Shown: positions 1 to 13,788, numbered from the stretch's first letter. The stretch is 64,000 nucleotides of DNA from Octopus sinensis (GCF_006345805.1 NC_042997.1:43214001-43278000), one strand, 5' to 3'. The notes: a model not told the origin generated them from the sequence alone. Numbers and translations are program-made.

Positions 1-69
1 TACATACACATACATACATACATATAATTACATACATACATACATGCATGCATGCATGCATATCATTAG

Positions 70-450
70 ATATCTTTCACGTCTTTCTGGGGAGCAGAAC
101 CAAAGTTGTCTTAGATTCTCCAGAAGCTCATCTGTTGCACCGATGCAATATTCTCGGTGTAGCAGTATTCGGGGGATTGCCTCGAGCAGTGCGGATGATT
201 TGGCGCAATGTGACGATCAATTGGGAGCGGAATTCCAAGCAACTGAGAACAAACATTGTCCATTGGACCAACACGGCTTCCTTTCTGTTCTGAATGAACT
301 CGAAACCTAACCAACCAGTCACTTGCACTTTGTTTACCACTTTAGGAATATGCACCTGGTATGATGCCTCATTACTTATATGGATTATGAGAACATGTCA
401 CATTGAAACTCATTAAAGTCGCTTTGAGTTGGCAGTTCTTTTAGATTTTC
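70..450 (-). mobile_element. Decayed CR1/L2-group LINE reverse-transcriptase C-terminal fragment
   Basis: HIPKVVNK..GWLGFEFIQNRKEAVLVQWTMFVLSCLEFRSQL resembles the GWILRxFxxRxxxxMLxLWxxxVxxxLEYxSQLW segment of CR1-group ORF2. Confidence 0.4.
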
Positions 451-826
451 AATAATAAAGAGCAAGTTGTCTGCTATATTTTAATTCCGTCAAATTTCAT
501 ATGTTACGTGTTTCATGAGATCATTTCCACCCCACCCTCGCCCCCACTTTCCTTTCAGCCGCATAATCATTAACCCTGATTCTTGAAAAATTTCCTGATT
601 AACCTAAATATAGTTGAAAGCTATTTACGAAAAATAATTCTTCTGGCAAATTTTTAAAAACTTGCTCCAAAAACATTTCAAAGTAAACAAAACTCACGAA
701 CTGTGAAATTTAATATAATAAAGCTGTAAGTGTATTTATTCGCAGGCTTGACTATTCCTGTAATCTGCCAGAGTCGGCAGAAATTCTACGTGTGTGCATT
801 TGTATGTTTGTTTGTTTTGCTAGTTT

Positions 827-1009
827 GTATGTATGTATGTATGTATGTATGTATGTGTGTATGTATGTGTGTATGTATGTATGTATGTATGTATGTGTAT
901 GTATGTATGTAGGTATGTGTGTATGTATGTATGTATGTATGTATGTATGTATGTATGTATGTGTGTGTGTGTATGTATGTATGTATGTATGTATGTATGT
1001 ATGTATGTA

Positions 1010-1042
<33 letters not shown>

Positions 1043-2719
1043 ATGTATGTATGTATGTATGTATGTGTGTGTGTGTATGTATGTATGTATGTATGTATGT
1101 ATGTATGTATGTGTGTGTATGTATGTATGTATGTATGTATGTGTGTGTGTGTATGTATGTATGTATGTATGTATGTATGTATGTATGTATGTATGTATGT
1201 GTGTGTGTGTATGTATGTATGTATGTATGTATGTATGTATGTATGTATGTGTGTATGTATGTGTGTATGTGTGTGTATGTATGTATGTATGTATGTATGT
1301 ATGTATGTATGTATGTATGTATGTATGTATGTATGTGTGTGTATGTATGTATGTATGTGTGTATGTATGTATGTATGTGTGTATGTATGTATGTATGCAT
1401 GTATGTATGTATGCATGTATGTATGTATGTATGCATGCATGCATGCATGTATGTATGCATGCATGTATGTATGTATGTATGTATGTATGTATGTATGTAT
1501 GTGTATGTATGTATGCATGCATGTGTGTATGTATGTATGTGTGTGTGTATGTATGTATGTATGTATGCATGTATGTGTGTATGTATGTATGTATGTATGT
1601 ATGTATATATGTGTGTGTATGTATGTATGTATGTATGCATGCATGTATGTATGTATGTATGTATGTATGTATGTATGTATGTATGTATGTATGTATGTAT
1701 GTATGTGTATGTATGCATGCATGTATGTATATGTGTGTGTATGTATGTATGTATGTATGCATGTATGTATGTATGTATGTATGTATATATGTGTGTGTAT
1801 GTATGTATGTATGCATGTATGTATGTATGTATGTATGTATGTATGTATGCATGCATGTATGTATGTATGTATGTATGCATGTATGTATGCATGTATGTAT
1901 GTATGTATGTATGCATGTATGTGTGTATGTATGTTTGTATGTATGTATGTATGTATGTATGTATGTATGTATGTATGTATGCATGCATGCATGCATGCAT
2001 GTATGTATGTATGTATGTATGTATGTATGCATGCATGCATGCATGTATGTATGTATGTATATATGTGTGTGTATGTATGTATGTATGATGTATGTATGTT
2101 GTATGTATGTATGTATGTATGTATGTATGTATGTATGCATGCATGCATGCATGCATGTATGTATGTATGTATGTATGTATGTATGTATGCATGCATGCAT
2201 GCATGTATGTATGTATGTATGTATATATGTGTGTGTATGTATGCATGTATGTATGTATGTATGTATGTATGTATGTATGTATGTGTATGTATGTATGCAT
2301 GCATGCATGCATGTATGTATGTATGTATGTATATATGTGTGTGTATGTATGTATGCATGCATGTATGTATGTATGTATGTATATATGTGTGTGTATGTAT
2401 GTATGCATGCATGCATGCATGTATGTATGTATGTATGTATGTATGTATGCATGCATGCATGCATGTATGTATGTATGCATGTATGTGTGTATGTATGTTT
2501 GTATGTATATATGTGTGTGTATGTATGTATGTATGTATGTATGTATGTATGTATATATGTATGTATGCATGCATGTATGTATGTATGTATGTATGTATGT
2601 ATGTATGCATGCATGTATGTATGTATGTATGTATGTATGTATGTATGTATGTATGCATGCATGCATGCATGTATGTATGTATGTATGTATGTATGTATGT
2701 ATGTATGCATGTTTGTATG

Positions 2720-2751
<32 letters not shown>

Positions 2752-2836
2752 TGTATGTATGTATGTATGTATGTATGTATGTGTGTATGTGTGTATGTAT
2801 GTATGTGTTTATATGTGTGTATGTGTGTATGTATGT
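827..2836. repeat. ~2 kb compound (TATG)n/(TG)n/(CATG)n microsatellite
   Basis: Seen directly; source of the spurious MYVC/HTYI ORFs. Confidence 0.98.
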
Positions 2837-4185
2837 GCAGATTTGTATGTTTTGTTTTACGTATGTCTTCTCACGCTATACTTATATATCTGGACATGCT
2901 TATATATACTTAAATGATAAACTTCTGGAAAGTTTTACAGATTTTTATAGTTCCAGTGAATTTTTTTTATTTAATGACAAATAGAAACAATATAGAAAAA
3001 AATCTTTTACTGTGAATGTTATTGTTTAATACAGGCAATATAGATAACTAAAAGAAATATTGAGAAAGCAAAATCATCGCAAAATTCTCATTTAATAGCG
3101 GCAATCGAAAAATGCAAAGGAAATAATTCAGAGAATTATTATTTAATGTAAACAGTAAAGAAAATAGGTTAAAAATTGTTTCATGTGGAGAACATGAAAA
3201 GAAACAAAACTTATAAACTTATATGCAAAATTTTCTTAACACACCGCACGAGAATTTACCTTTAGTTATATTTCACTGGTGATTTGGCTTTTGTAAACAG
3301 ATCCTTGTTTCCCAACACATGCCTATAAAATTCTTTACATTGACAGTTAAGGTTCCATGTACATCGTAAGAAAGCTTCTACAGTAGCCACATCCAACTTA
3401 TTTCATTCTTCAGTCCACTGAACATTCATCATTAAGAAAACACGCTCAACAGTAGCATTATGCGCTGGTATGCTAAATAAAAACTGGCACAAAATGAACA
3501 ACTGGGATTATTGTTCTTGAAATTCAATCTACTGAAGGATAGAAAACCATCTTCCATGGCACAGTTTGGTTTTCCATTCATCGGGTTTAATCGGCATCTC
3601 TTCAGCAAGGAGTGTTTTAAATGTTGACTTCTGAGAAAAGAATATTGTCGTCAGTTTTTATACTTTTGTTCTTTAACATTAGACAAGACGATTCTACATG
3701 TTCCCATGCTGGAACTGTATCTAATAATATCCATGGAAAGTTATCAAGATTTTCAAAAGACGAAACCCATTTCTCAAGATAGTCATGGCAAGTGTCGAAG
3801 TGTCTTTTTCTCTTCAGATTTGACATCATCATTATTTAGGCAATCCTTCAATAATGCTGTTTTCTCTTTATTCTATCTTCATAATCCTGTTGCTAAAAAC
3901 ATTCAAAACTGTGAACAAGATATAAGCAAGCTTCGTTCAGCGGATCACTGAAGAATTCTACAAGAATTTGGGCGACCGTTTCTTCAGAAACAAATAAAGA
4001 TTTCAGTGCTTTAAAGTCTCAGGATTCTCTCAACTGCTCTCATCAAAGAAAGCCAACGAGTTTGGCACACTGCACACCAACAAACTTAGATCGAACAGCA
4101 TGAAGACAATTTTAACAACAATTACTTCAACATCAACAGAAAGAACATTAGCCGCAGTATGAGCAGCACTGTATAGAATATCAGC

Positions 4186-4830
4186 TGGACATCCAACACC
4201 TGGACATCCAACACCTGGACATCCAACAGCTGGACATCCAACACCTGGACATCCAACACCTGGACATCCAACACCTGGGCATCCAACAGCTGGACATCCA
4301 ACACCTGGACATCCAACACCTGGACATCCAACAGCTGGACATCCAACACCTGGGCATCCAACACCTGGACATCCAACAGCTGGACATCCAACATCTGGAC
4401 ATCCAACACCTGGACATCCAACACTTGGACATCCAACACCTGGGCATCCAACAGCTGGACATCCAACACCTGGACATCCAACACCTGGACATCCAACACC
4501 TGGACATCCAACACCTGGGCATCCAACAGCTGGATATCCAACACCTGGACATCCAACACCTGGACATCCAACACCTGGACATCCAACACCTGGACATCCA
4601 ACACCTGGGCATCCAACAGCTGGACATCCAACAGCTGGACATCCAACAGCTGGACATCCAACACCTGGACATCCAACACCTAGACATCCAACACCTGGAC
4701 ATCCAACACCTGGACATCCAACACCTGGACATCCAACAGCTGGACATCCAACTGCTGGACATCCAACACCTGGACATCCAACACCTGGACATCCAACAGC
4801 TGGACATCCAACACCTGGACATCCAACACC
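4186..4830 (-). repeat. 15-bp minisatellite, 43 copies, in frame within the transposase (G/A-VGCP)n
   Basis: Unit TGGACATCCAACA(C/G)C on +; 215 aa of pentapeptide in ORF 4030..4929. Confidence 0.97.
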
Positions 4831-5349
4831 TTCCATCGATTCATTCATGCTTTCCTTGAATTTTGAATAGAATTTATTTGTACCTGTGCAGAAACGTCCA
4901 CCAAAATTAGTATGTGTTATCTCCACCAAAAACTATACATTTCTTCTTCCCGTCCGGTCCTAACTCAACGAGGTTCTCTCTGCAGAAGCTTGCTATTGTT
5001 TCCGAGGTCTCATTTGCGAGAGATTGCAATAACTTTATCAGCAAACCCTTTTCACGTGAAACACATTCCACAATCAACGGGAAATTTTTCTCAGAATTGC
5101 GATTACCTGCATCTGTAGATATGCCATAAAAATATTTATATCTTTAACAATCTCCGCAGTAGTGTATGGAACCACAACATCTTTTAATATTGCTGCACAT
5201 TTAGTCCTAGCACTTATGCAATTTTAGAATCAGGAAATACTGTTGGTAATAGTCCGTTCGTACAGTCATTTGAACTGAATGACTGGTGATGACGGACAAT
5301 ATGAAATGCCATAGTAACTTCTGCCGCTATTATTTTACTTTCTTCATCA

Positions 5350-5743
5350 GTGGAGGCGCAATGGCCCAGTGGTTAGGGCAGCGGACTCGCGGTCGTAGGA
5401 TCGCGGTTTCGATTCCCAGACCGGGCGTTGTGAGTGTTTATTGAGCGAAAACACCTAAAAGTTCCACGAGGCTCCGGCAGGGGATGGTGGTGATCCCTGC
5501 TGTACTCTTTCACCACAACTTTCTCTCACTCTTACTTCCTGTTTCTGTTGTACCTGTATTTCAAAGGGCCGGCCTTGTCACTCTCTGTGTCACGCTGAAT
5601 ATCCCCGAGAACTACGTTAAGGGTGCACGTGTCTGTGGAGTGCTCAGCCACTTGCACGTTAATTTCACGAAGCAGGCTGTTCCGTTGATTCGGATCAACC
5701 GGAACCCTCATCGTCGTAACCGACGGAGTGCTTCCATCCATCC
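5350..5743 (+). mobile_element. tRNA-derived SINE family A (Octopus OR-type-like), inserted in the hAT transposase
   Basis: A box TGGCCCAGTGG, B-box-like GGTTTCGATTCC, (TCCA)n tail, TSD ACTTTCTTCATC 5337-5348/5744-5755. Confidence 0.92.
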
Positions 5744-6775
5744 ACTTTCTTCATCTGTGTTTTTCTTAATCAAGAAATTTATTTTACCAGTTTCTTTTAA
5801 AGTAGAAGCAGTACTACTTTTGTGCTTTGCTCTTTCTAAGTGTTGCCTGACATCAGACTTCCCGCCATGTTCAATACTCAAAGTGCAATTGCGTACACCA
5901 CAGTTTGCTTCAAAATAGCTTCTACTTTGTTTGATAAATGTCCATTCGCTGGAATATTCATCACGAAATTTACACTTACGTTTTGGCATCCGGTGGGTGG
6001 ATGGATTAGATTTCTAACTTAGAAAAAAGTGGGCCGTGGCAATTAGTAACAACACTTTGTTGACAGTATCAAGTTGCAAACACGTCAGTTTTATGTCAAC
6101 TTGTAGCAACACTGGTTTCCTCGTTACATATAGGTTATTTTCATCAAGAGAATATTAAAAAAAAAGCATAATATAAAGTTACGACTAAGAGCCATAAGAA
6201 GGTAGTAAAAATATATTTTTATTATGAGATTTGAAAATGAACAAAATACAGGACATTTGGGGTGTCCCTGAAAGGTCAGTGCAGGACAGGGAACAATATT
6301 GTCAAACACGGGACGTGTCCCATATATAAGTGACGTCTGGCAACCCTAACCATGCATCCAGTTTTGTTCCTGCATATGTACTGGATGAAAACCCAGAAAG
6401 AACATGGATTCCAATTATACACAAATTCTCACCTCCCTCCCTCTCTTTCTCTCTCTGTCTCTCTCTCTCTATTTCATATACATATGAGACAATTGATGGT
6501 ACATGACTCGGAACATAAAACATAAAGAAAACATATAGTCAAAGTAGTAAGCAGTATAATGTCATAAAACTAAGATATGTATTAAAATCAGTTTGTGACA
6601 CATGTACACATGTCCATACACACGCACGCACAAAAACATAAAACGCACATCCAACCACACTATACACGCACTAGGTTACTTCTGTACATACATACACATA
6701 CTCCCATACGCACACACAGCCCCATTTAAGTTCGCCCACTCATACATTCACTCTCGCTTGCCCCATTCACAGATG

Positions 6776-7167
6776 GATGGCATGGAAGCACTCCGTCGGT
6801 TACGACGACGAGGGTTCCGGTTGATCCGAATCAACGGAACAGCCTGCTCGTGAAATTAACGTGTAAGTGGCTGAGCACTCCACAGACACGTGTACCCTTA
6901 ACGTAGTTCTCGGGGATATTCAGCATGACACAGAGAGTGACAAGGCCGGCCCCTTGAAATACAGGTACAACAGAAACAGGAAGTAAGAGTGAGAGAAAGT
7001 TGTGGTGAAAGAGTACAGCAGGGGTCACCACCATCCCCTGCCGGAGCCTCGTGGAGCTTGAGGTGTTTTCGCTCAATAAACACTCACAACGCCCGGTCTG
7101 GGAATCGAAACCGCGATCCTACGACTGCGAGTCCGCTGCCCTAACCACTGGGCCATTGCGCCTCCAC
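6776..7167 (-). mobile_element. SINE family A
   Basis: Near-identical to 5350-5743; TSD CATTCACAGATG 6764-6775/7169-7180. Confidence 0.92.
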
Positions 7168-7499
7168 TCATTCACAGATGCACACTCACACACACCATTC
7201 TTACATACATACACGCACTTGCGCACACTAGCTCAGCTGGGCTGCCCTTATCATCTCTCTTTCACTCAGCCTCTTTCTTCTGCTAATTTCATCCATGTTC
7301 AACTGTTAATCCAAGCACATTTTTTCTCTCTCTCTCCCTTTGTTTTTCTTTTTCGTTCTCTCTCCATCTTTTTCCTCCCAACGCTTTCTGTCGAAGTTCG
7401 ATATGTCAAAGTCTTTTCCATTCTTCCCGAATGTCAAACTAATACACCTGTCTGTTGCTCTCCCACCTGTCTTTGCCTTCAGTAAATTTGAACTATTTG

Positions 7500-8357
7500 T
7501 AGGGTGTGGTGAATATATTGTCGTCTAAATTATGCAGAAATGAAAATAACGCTGACATCTCATTTTAACAGATATATTTACATAAAAATATCTTGTAATA
7601 TTAAAGAGTAAATTTATTCAATAAAATCACCATTGGCTTCAACTACGGCCTTAAGACAACTTCAGAATCTCCTGCAACTCTTCTAGACGTTCTCCTTGCT
7701 TAAGTTGGTAAATGCTGCCGTAATCTTTGCCTTCGGTTCATCTTTGGTGTTACAAGGAGTTTCGTTGGTCTCTCACTCAACTACAAACCACACATAATAA
7801 TGAAGGGGGTTGCAGTCTGGGGAGTTAGGTGATCAGATGTTAGGGGTGATGTGGTCGCAGAAATTGTCTGACAGCCATGGCTGGTTTCTGCTTGTATGAC
7901 ATGGTGCAGAGTCCTGTTGCCAGACAGGGTCTTCCAGCACCCATTCACTTCATCCAAGGCAGCGCTACCTCCTCCAGGCACTTGATGTAAGCCTCTGTGT
8001 TGAGTCTGAGGCCGTGTGGGAAAATGAATAGAGGCATAACGTTGCTCTCTATAGTGATCACTCCAAACACCCTGATGTTGACTGGATGTTTGATTTTTAT
8101 CACTCTCGGTACATGTCCTCAGATTGACACCCAAACACTCTGAAATGCTCGTATTGGAGCTTCCGGCGCGAATGCCAAGCAGTACAACATGTCATTTCTA
8201 AATTTTTGTCAGAGTGAATTGTGTCATGGTGCTGTTTTTCACAGACAGTGCCCAAGGACCCTACTATACCGTGTAGTCGACAAAATCAAAAACTAACAAT
8301 GTGTAAGCGCGAAATTAAAAATATAAAATGGTGACAATTTACCCATCGCACTCCGTG
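7500..8357 (-). mobile_element. Decayed Tc1/mariner-superfamily element
   Basis: Minus-strand SPNSPDCNPLHYYVW...LKAVVEANGDFIE* C-terminus; degenerate TIRs near 7500 and 8330-8357. Confidence 0.75.
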
Positions 8358-8439
8358 TGTGTGTGTGTGTGTGTGTGTGTACATATATATATAGAGGGAG
8401 AGAGAGAGAAAAATTTATTTCTCTCTATCTCTCCCTCCC

Positions 8440-8477
<38 letters not shown>

Positions 8478-8505
8478 CACAGGGAGGTTGAGATAGAGAG
8501 AAATG

Positions 8506-8577
<72 letters not shown>

Positions 8578-8640
8578 TATGTATGTATGTATGTATGTAG
8601 TGTATGTATGTATGTATGTATGTATGTATGTATGTATGGA
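8355..8640. repeat. Compound (TG)/(TA)/(TC)/(TATG) microsatellite
   Basis: Seen directly. Confidence 0.95.
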
Positions 8641-9051
8641 TAAATACGTACACGTGAATATGCACATACATACATGCATAAAATATGATTGTGTGTGTAT
8701 TCGTTTTTCACGTGAAAATGGCTTCACCAATTGCTTCCATACTTGTGAAGCATGGATAATTTGACCACGGACACATGTTGGCTCTTCATTTGATTTTTTT
8801 TATTAAAAATAAAAATATTGTTTTTGGATTTGGATTTGGTTTGTGAGTTCGTGTGTTGAAGCATATTCTGTTTGTGTCTGGGGGGAGTCATTTTTGTTTT
8901 TGTGCCTTATAATTTAACACACTCACCGGTAAGATTTCCACTTATTTCTTATTTTTATTTTCCTAAAATTTTCGTTGCGTCTTGCAACCTTTCCAATAGT
9001 CTTGACTCTGTCCGTTATTTACACTGCGTTCCCTTTTCGTTTGTTTGTGCG

Positions 9052-9054
<3 letters not shown>

Positions 9055-9085
<31 letters not shown>

Positions 9086-9161
9086 TATGCATGCATGCAT
9101 GTACATATGTGTGTGTGTATGTATGTATGTATGCATGTATGTATGTATGCATGCATGTATG

Positions 9162-9192
<31 letters not shown>

Positions 9193-9888
9193 GTACGTAT
9201 GTATGTACGTATGTATGTATGTATTTATGTATGTACGAATTTATGTATGTATGTATGTATGTATGTATGTATGTATGTATGTATGTATGTATGTATGTAC
9301 GTATGTATGTACGTATTTATGTGTGTATGTATGTATGTACGTATGTATGTATGTATGTATGTATGTACGTATGTATGTACGTATTTATGTATGTACGTAT
9401 GTATGTATGTGTGTATGTGTGTATGTATGTATGTTTGCATGTATGTATGTATGTTTGCATGTGTGTATGTGTGTGCATGTACGTATGTATGTATGTTATA
9501 TATGTGTGTATGTATGTATGTATGTATGTATGTATGCATGTATGTATGTATGTATGTATGTATGTATGTATGTATGTATGCATGCATGTATGTATGTATG
9601 TATGTATGTATTTATGTATGTATGTATGTATGTATGTATGTATGCATGTATGTATGTATGTATGTATGTATGTATGTGTGTGTGTATGTATGTATGTATG
9701 TATGTATGTATGCATGCATGTATGTATGTATGTATGTATGTATGTATGTATGTATGTATGTATGTATGTATGTATGATGTATGTATGTATGTATGTATGT
9801 ATGTATGTATGTATGTATGCATGTATGTATGTATGTATGTATGTATGTATGTATGTATGTATGTGTGTACATCTGTATGCATGTATGT
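9055..9888. repeat. (TG)n/(TATG)n microsatellite
   Basis: Seen directly. Confidence 0.97.
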
Positions 9889-10628
9889 ATTCTACATGAC
9901 GTAACGAAAATTTAAGGAAAATAAAAATAAGGGATCTCTTCCTTTTGAACGGCACATGTCAACACAATTTCTAGTTTACTAAACACTTTAAAACTTCGTA
10001 TACTGGTAGAATGTGTCAAAATGAAACATTTTTTTCTCTTGGCTTTCTTGATAAAATTGTAATTCGTTTGTTTAACGTTGTATAATTTTTCGAATTTTAA
10101 CCAATCAATTGCCTCTAATTGAGCTAAAATCATTTGCTGCGTCTAAAACTGAGACAACATCCTGTCACTAACTCTAACCCTAACCCTCATCCTCACCCTA
10201 ACCCTAAATTTTAGCCTTTCGTTTTTTTTTTTCTTAATTGTTAAATTAATTTAAGGATAACAATTAAGAAAAAAAAAAGCGAAAGGCTAAAACGAAAGCA
10301 ATGGAAAATAATTTAAACAATTTACAAACAAAATAATTCTATAACTCTATACACACGCTTTCCGTACGTATACATAACGAAAGGCTAAAACGAAAGCAAA
10401 AACTCAAAACAAAAACAAAACGAATAATTTTAGACACACGCGTAACAATTAAATTGATTGAGAGTTAAAGAAAGGCCCGTTAACAAAGCAGTCTTGTTCA
10501 TCCTGACAAAATTTCTCTCGAAAGCCTTTGTTTGTGTGTGTGTGTGTGTGTGAAAACAAAGAAGTCTGAGAAATATCTCACGCTCACCAATGACATGACT
10601 GTGGATGAGAAGACGTTATATTAAATGT

Positions 10629-11016
10629 GGATGGAAGCACTCCGTCGATTCCGACGACGAGGGTTCCGGTTGATCCGAATCAACGGAACAGCCTGCTCGT
10701 GAAATTAACGTGTAAGTGGCTGAGCACTCCACAGACACGTGTACCCTTAACGTAGTTCTCGGGGATATTCAGCGTGACACAGAGAGTGACAAGGCCGGCC
10801 CCTTGAAATACAGGTACAACAGAAACAGGAAGTAAGAGTGAGAGAAAGTTGTGGTGAAAGAGTACAGCAGGGATCGCCACCATCCCCTGCCGGAGCCTCG
10901 TGGTGCTTTAGGTGTTTTCGCTCAATAAACACTCACAACGCCCGGTCTGGGAATCGAAACCGTGATCCTACGACTGCGAGTCCGCTGCCCTAACCACTGG
11001 GCTATTGCGCCTCCAC
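10629..11016 (-). mobile_element. SINE family A
   Basis: Homology to other copies; TSD ATATTAAATGT 10618-10628/11017-11027. Confidence 0.92.
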
Positions 11017-11547
11017 ATATTAAATGTAAAGTATATTTAACACAAAATAAATCCTGATAATGCCTATCGAAGCAGAAACGAATATACGCTGAAGTTCTCT
11101 TGTCTTCAGGCAAACGCCCTGACTTTTCCCTAACGGCAAGCCAATTATGGCGAATTCACGAATATTTAGATAATCTACTCTTTTCATTTGAGGTCGGTCG
11201 CAGTTGCCTCGATGCATTAGTTAACTTTTCTCTCAAAGAGAAGATAATTTCAATAAATCAAGAATTCATCTTATATGAATTTTTCTTTTAAGTATATGTT
11301 TATTTGTCTTTTATTGACTACATTGCCAGTGTTATAATACCCACATAAATTTCTGCTTTAAATGTGTTAACGAAGGCGTATACTGGCGTCGACGCTTACA
11401 ACATGTAATAACAATGTAATATTCTCCTTACGTACGTAGACCTTTTTCTTATTTTAATAATTACACTATCTTTTGTGCTCTATTTTTTTTCAACGGTAGT
11501 ATGTGATTTGATAGCAATTTCAAATTTTGGCACAAGGACATTAATTT

Positions 11548-12126
11548 AGATCGACCTCAGTGTTCAACTAGTACTTTTTAAATCGATCCCAAAGAGATGA
11601 AGGGCAAAGTCGACCTTGGCGTCATTTGAACACAAAGTAATGATGGACGAAATGCCACAGAGTGGTTTGCCCAGTGTTCTTACGATTCCGCTAGCTCGCC
11701 ACCCAATCCTTGTTTAATGTTACTGTTTATGCTAAGGCAGCAGCAGCGAACTGGCAGGAGATCGTAGCACGCCGGGCAGCTTTTCATCTGTCTTTACTGC
11801 AAATTCTGAAGGGGTCGATAAAATAAGTACCAGTTGAATACTGGGGGATCGATGTAATCAACTATCCCCCTACCACAAGATTTCAGACCTTGTGCCTGTA
11901 GTAGAATGGAATATTACTGTTTATATTAAAGTAGCGAGCTGGCAGAATCGTTAATACGCCGAGCAAAATGCTTGGCGGTGTTTTATTTGTCTTTACGTTC
12001 CGCCGAGGTCAACTTTACCTTTCATTCTTTCTGGGTCTATAAAATAAGTACCTGTCAAGCACTGGGGTCGATGTAATCGACTAGCTCCCTCTCCCAAAAT
12101 TGTTCAGACCTTGTGCTTATATTAGA
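11548..12126. mobile_element. Three degraded SINE family C copies (first on -, next two on +)
   Basis: GCGAGCTGGCAGAATCGTTA head, GGGGTCGATAAAATAAGTACCAG core. Confidence 0.7.
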
Positions 12127-12142
12127 AACCGTTTATACTTAC

Positions 12143-12358
12143 CAACACAATATCTCAATTCTTTATCCCACGTAAAACCTTCACTCATCTGGTGGCAATT
12201 GCAACTATAATTCAAATTATTGTGCATCAGATGTACGAAATTTATGTTCTTGCTCTGATCTACAAGACATCTTGAATCTGGGAAGAGAGAGCATGGGTTG
12301 CTGCTATCACTATCTATATCTAAAATGTTTCCTTGGGTATTTCCCCCATAGCAAGGAT
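12143..12358 (-). CDS. Host gene exon 4, EGF-like Cys pattern
   Basis: Acceptor TTCTTTTTCAG|, donor GTTG|GTAAGT; 216 nt, phase 1-1 (typical of EGF modules): DPCYGG...NPCSLFPDSRC...YSCNCHQMSEGFTWDKELRYCV. Confidence 0.8.
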
Positions 12359-12578
12359 CTGAAAAAGAACGCACCATACTTGTATTAAAATGTTTATGAG
12401 TCCCTGTCCAACAAAGAAGAAAAGAAAAAGAGAAATTCAAGATACTAATGGAGTAACTCTTAGTCATTGAAAATTAAGAAAAAAACTTTCTCTGATACAT
12501 TTTCTGAGAATTCGTTTCAAAATCGTACCCATTTATGATAAACCTACACATAAAATAATATAGGTTTCAATAATACCC

Positions 12579-12810
12579 ATTTCTTTACTACCCACAAGGG
12601 GCTAAACACAGAAGGGACAAACAAGGACAGACAAACGGATTAAGTCGATTATATCGACCCTAGTGCGTAACTGGTACTTTATTTATCGACCCCGAAAGGA
12701 TGAAAGCCAAAGTCAACCTCGGCGGAATTTGAACTCAGAACGTAGCGGCAGACGAAATGCCGCTAAGCATTTCACCCGGCGTGCAAACGTTTCTGCCAGC
12801 TCGCCGCCTT
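12579..12810 (-). mobile_element. SINE family C (tRNA-like head, MetaSINE-like core)
   Basis: AAGGCGGCGAGCTGGCAGAA head, GAGTTCAAATTCC B box, GCCGAGGTTGACTTTGGCTTTCATCCTTTCGGGGTCGATAAA core. Confidence 0.85.
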
Positions 12811-13361
12811 CTAGGTTTCAATAATAAAGCATCCTGACAAATTGTAATTTAACTAAAGAAAACAATCTAATTATACTCTCTCCAGATTGGCTGAATCAAT
12901 TTAAGGATGTTTGCTTTTCGAAATTTGTTTGCAAATAAAAGGATTTGCATTTTACTTAGCTGATGTAGTTGTTTGGCTTTTGTGCCTACCAGAGAATGAC
13001 GTATTATACGCGAAAGATTACTGTTGACAATTTCTGCTATATGTGGCGGACTGAGTTTATCAAAGTACTAAAGGAACATTACAGAGCACATTAAAAATAT
13101 TTCTTATGTTTATTTCGGACATGCATTTAATGACCAGAACAACAAATGGAAGCTACATGTTTGCTGTTTGAATTGTACTAACAACCTTAGTGAGTGGTTT
13201 ACCGCTGGAAATATGCCTCTGGCATTGTTATTTCTGTACGACCAAAATTGAAGAATAGAATCACTTCACTTCTACACACAATTAGAATCACTTTACTAAA
13301 CGTTACACTTTCGTTTAAGCAAGGTAAGCAAATTATTCCCCCTCCCCAGTAAATAACTTAC

Positions 13362-13593
13362 CTGGACAAAAACTCAGTTCCGCGCAAAGAAAAGGTCGTC
13401 TGTATTTTATCAATCGGATGTCAAAAATGGGTGGTTTCACTGATTTTTTCAGTATCGATCTCAAACTATTTCTTGACTCTTGAAGAATGTTGAAGTGTAA
13501 ACACTTGAAACTGTAATGGTTATAATTGTCCAATTCTCGAAGAAGCTCTTTGCGTAACATAGTAAACCAGCACATGTAGTAAGAAGCAGTAGT
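13362..13593 (-). CDS. Host gene exon 3
   Basis: Acceptor TTTTATTTGCAG|, donor CCAG|GTAAGT; 232 nt, phase 0-1: TTASYYMCWFTM...PFLCAELSFCP. Confidence 0.8.
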
Positions 13594-13753
13594 CTGCAAA
13601 TAAAAGAAATGTATTTCCTCATTCCAATAGGAATTTTATTATGGTTTAAGATTACCTGAAAAATCATCAGCCAACAACGTCCACCTGAAAAACTGCTAGA
13701 CCAAAATATCCACCAGAAAAACCTGTAATCTCAGAATGTCCTCCTGAGAATCG

Positions 13754-13788
<35 letters not shown>

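Larger units (their letters stand above)
3262..6348 (-). mobile_element. Decayed hAT (Blackjack-like) DNA transposon with transposase pseudogene (ATG 5989, stop 3262-3264)
   Basis: N-terminal zinc-finger-like MPKRKCKF...C..C..SIEHGGKSDVRQH; ISTDAGN, FGGDN, GVGCPAxIL; C-terminal FSIPAHNATVERVF dimerisation motif; end TAGGGTTGCCA (6348-6338) with GGACA-type subterminal repeats; stops, frameshifts and a SINE insertion; the other TIR was not found. Confidence 0.85.

Noticed and set aside
752-2984. 600-730 aa ORFs (MYVC/HTYI repeats), and similar ones at 8975-9955 and 57010-57469
   Set aside because: Microsatellites that lack stop codons in several frames; no coding signal.
4186-4830. Possible CRISPR-like array or standalone metallothionein/elastin gene
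   Set aside because: Pure tandem 15-mer with no spacers, embedded in a hAT transposase frame; eukaryotic context and no cas genes.
5350-5425. tRNA gene (also the heads of the other SINE A, B and C copies)
   Set aside because: tRNA-like heads continue into shared SINE bodies with tails, and family A copies have TSDs.
5484-5918. Recurrent ORFs MVVIPAVLFHHN..., MTTDAGVFT..., MSSNARG...
   Set aside because: Translations of SINE A and B bodies, repeated wherever the SINE occurs.
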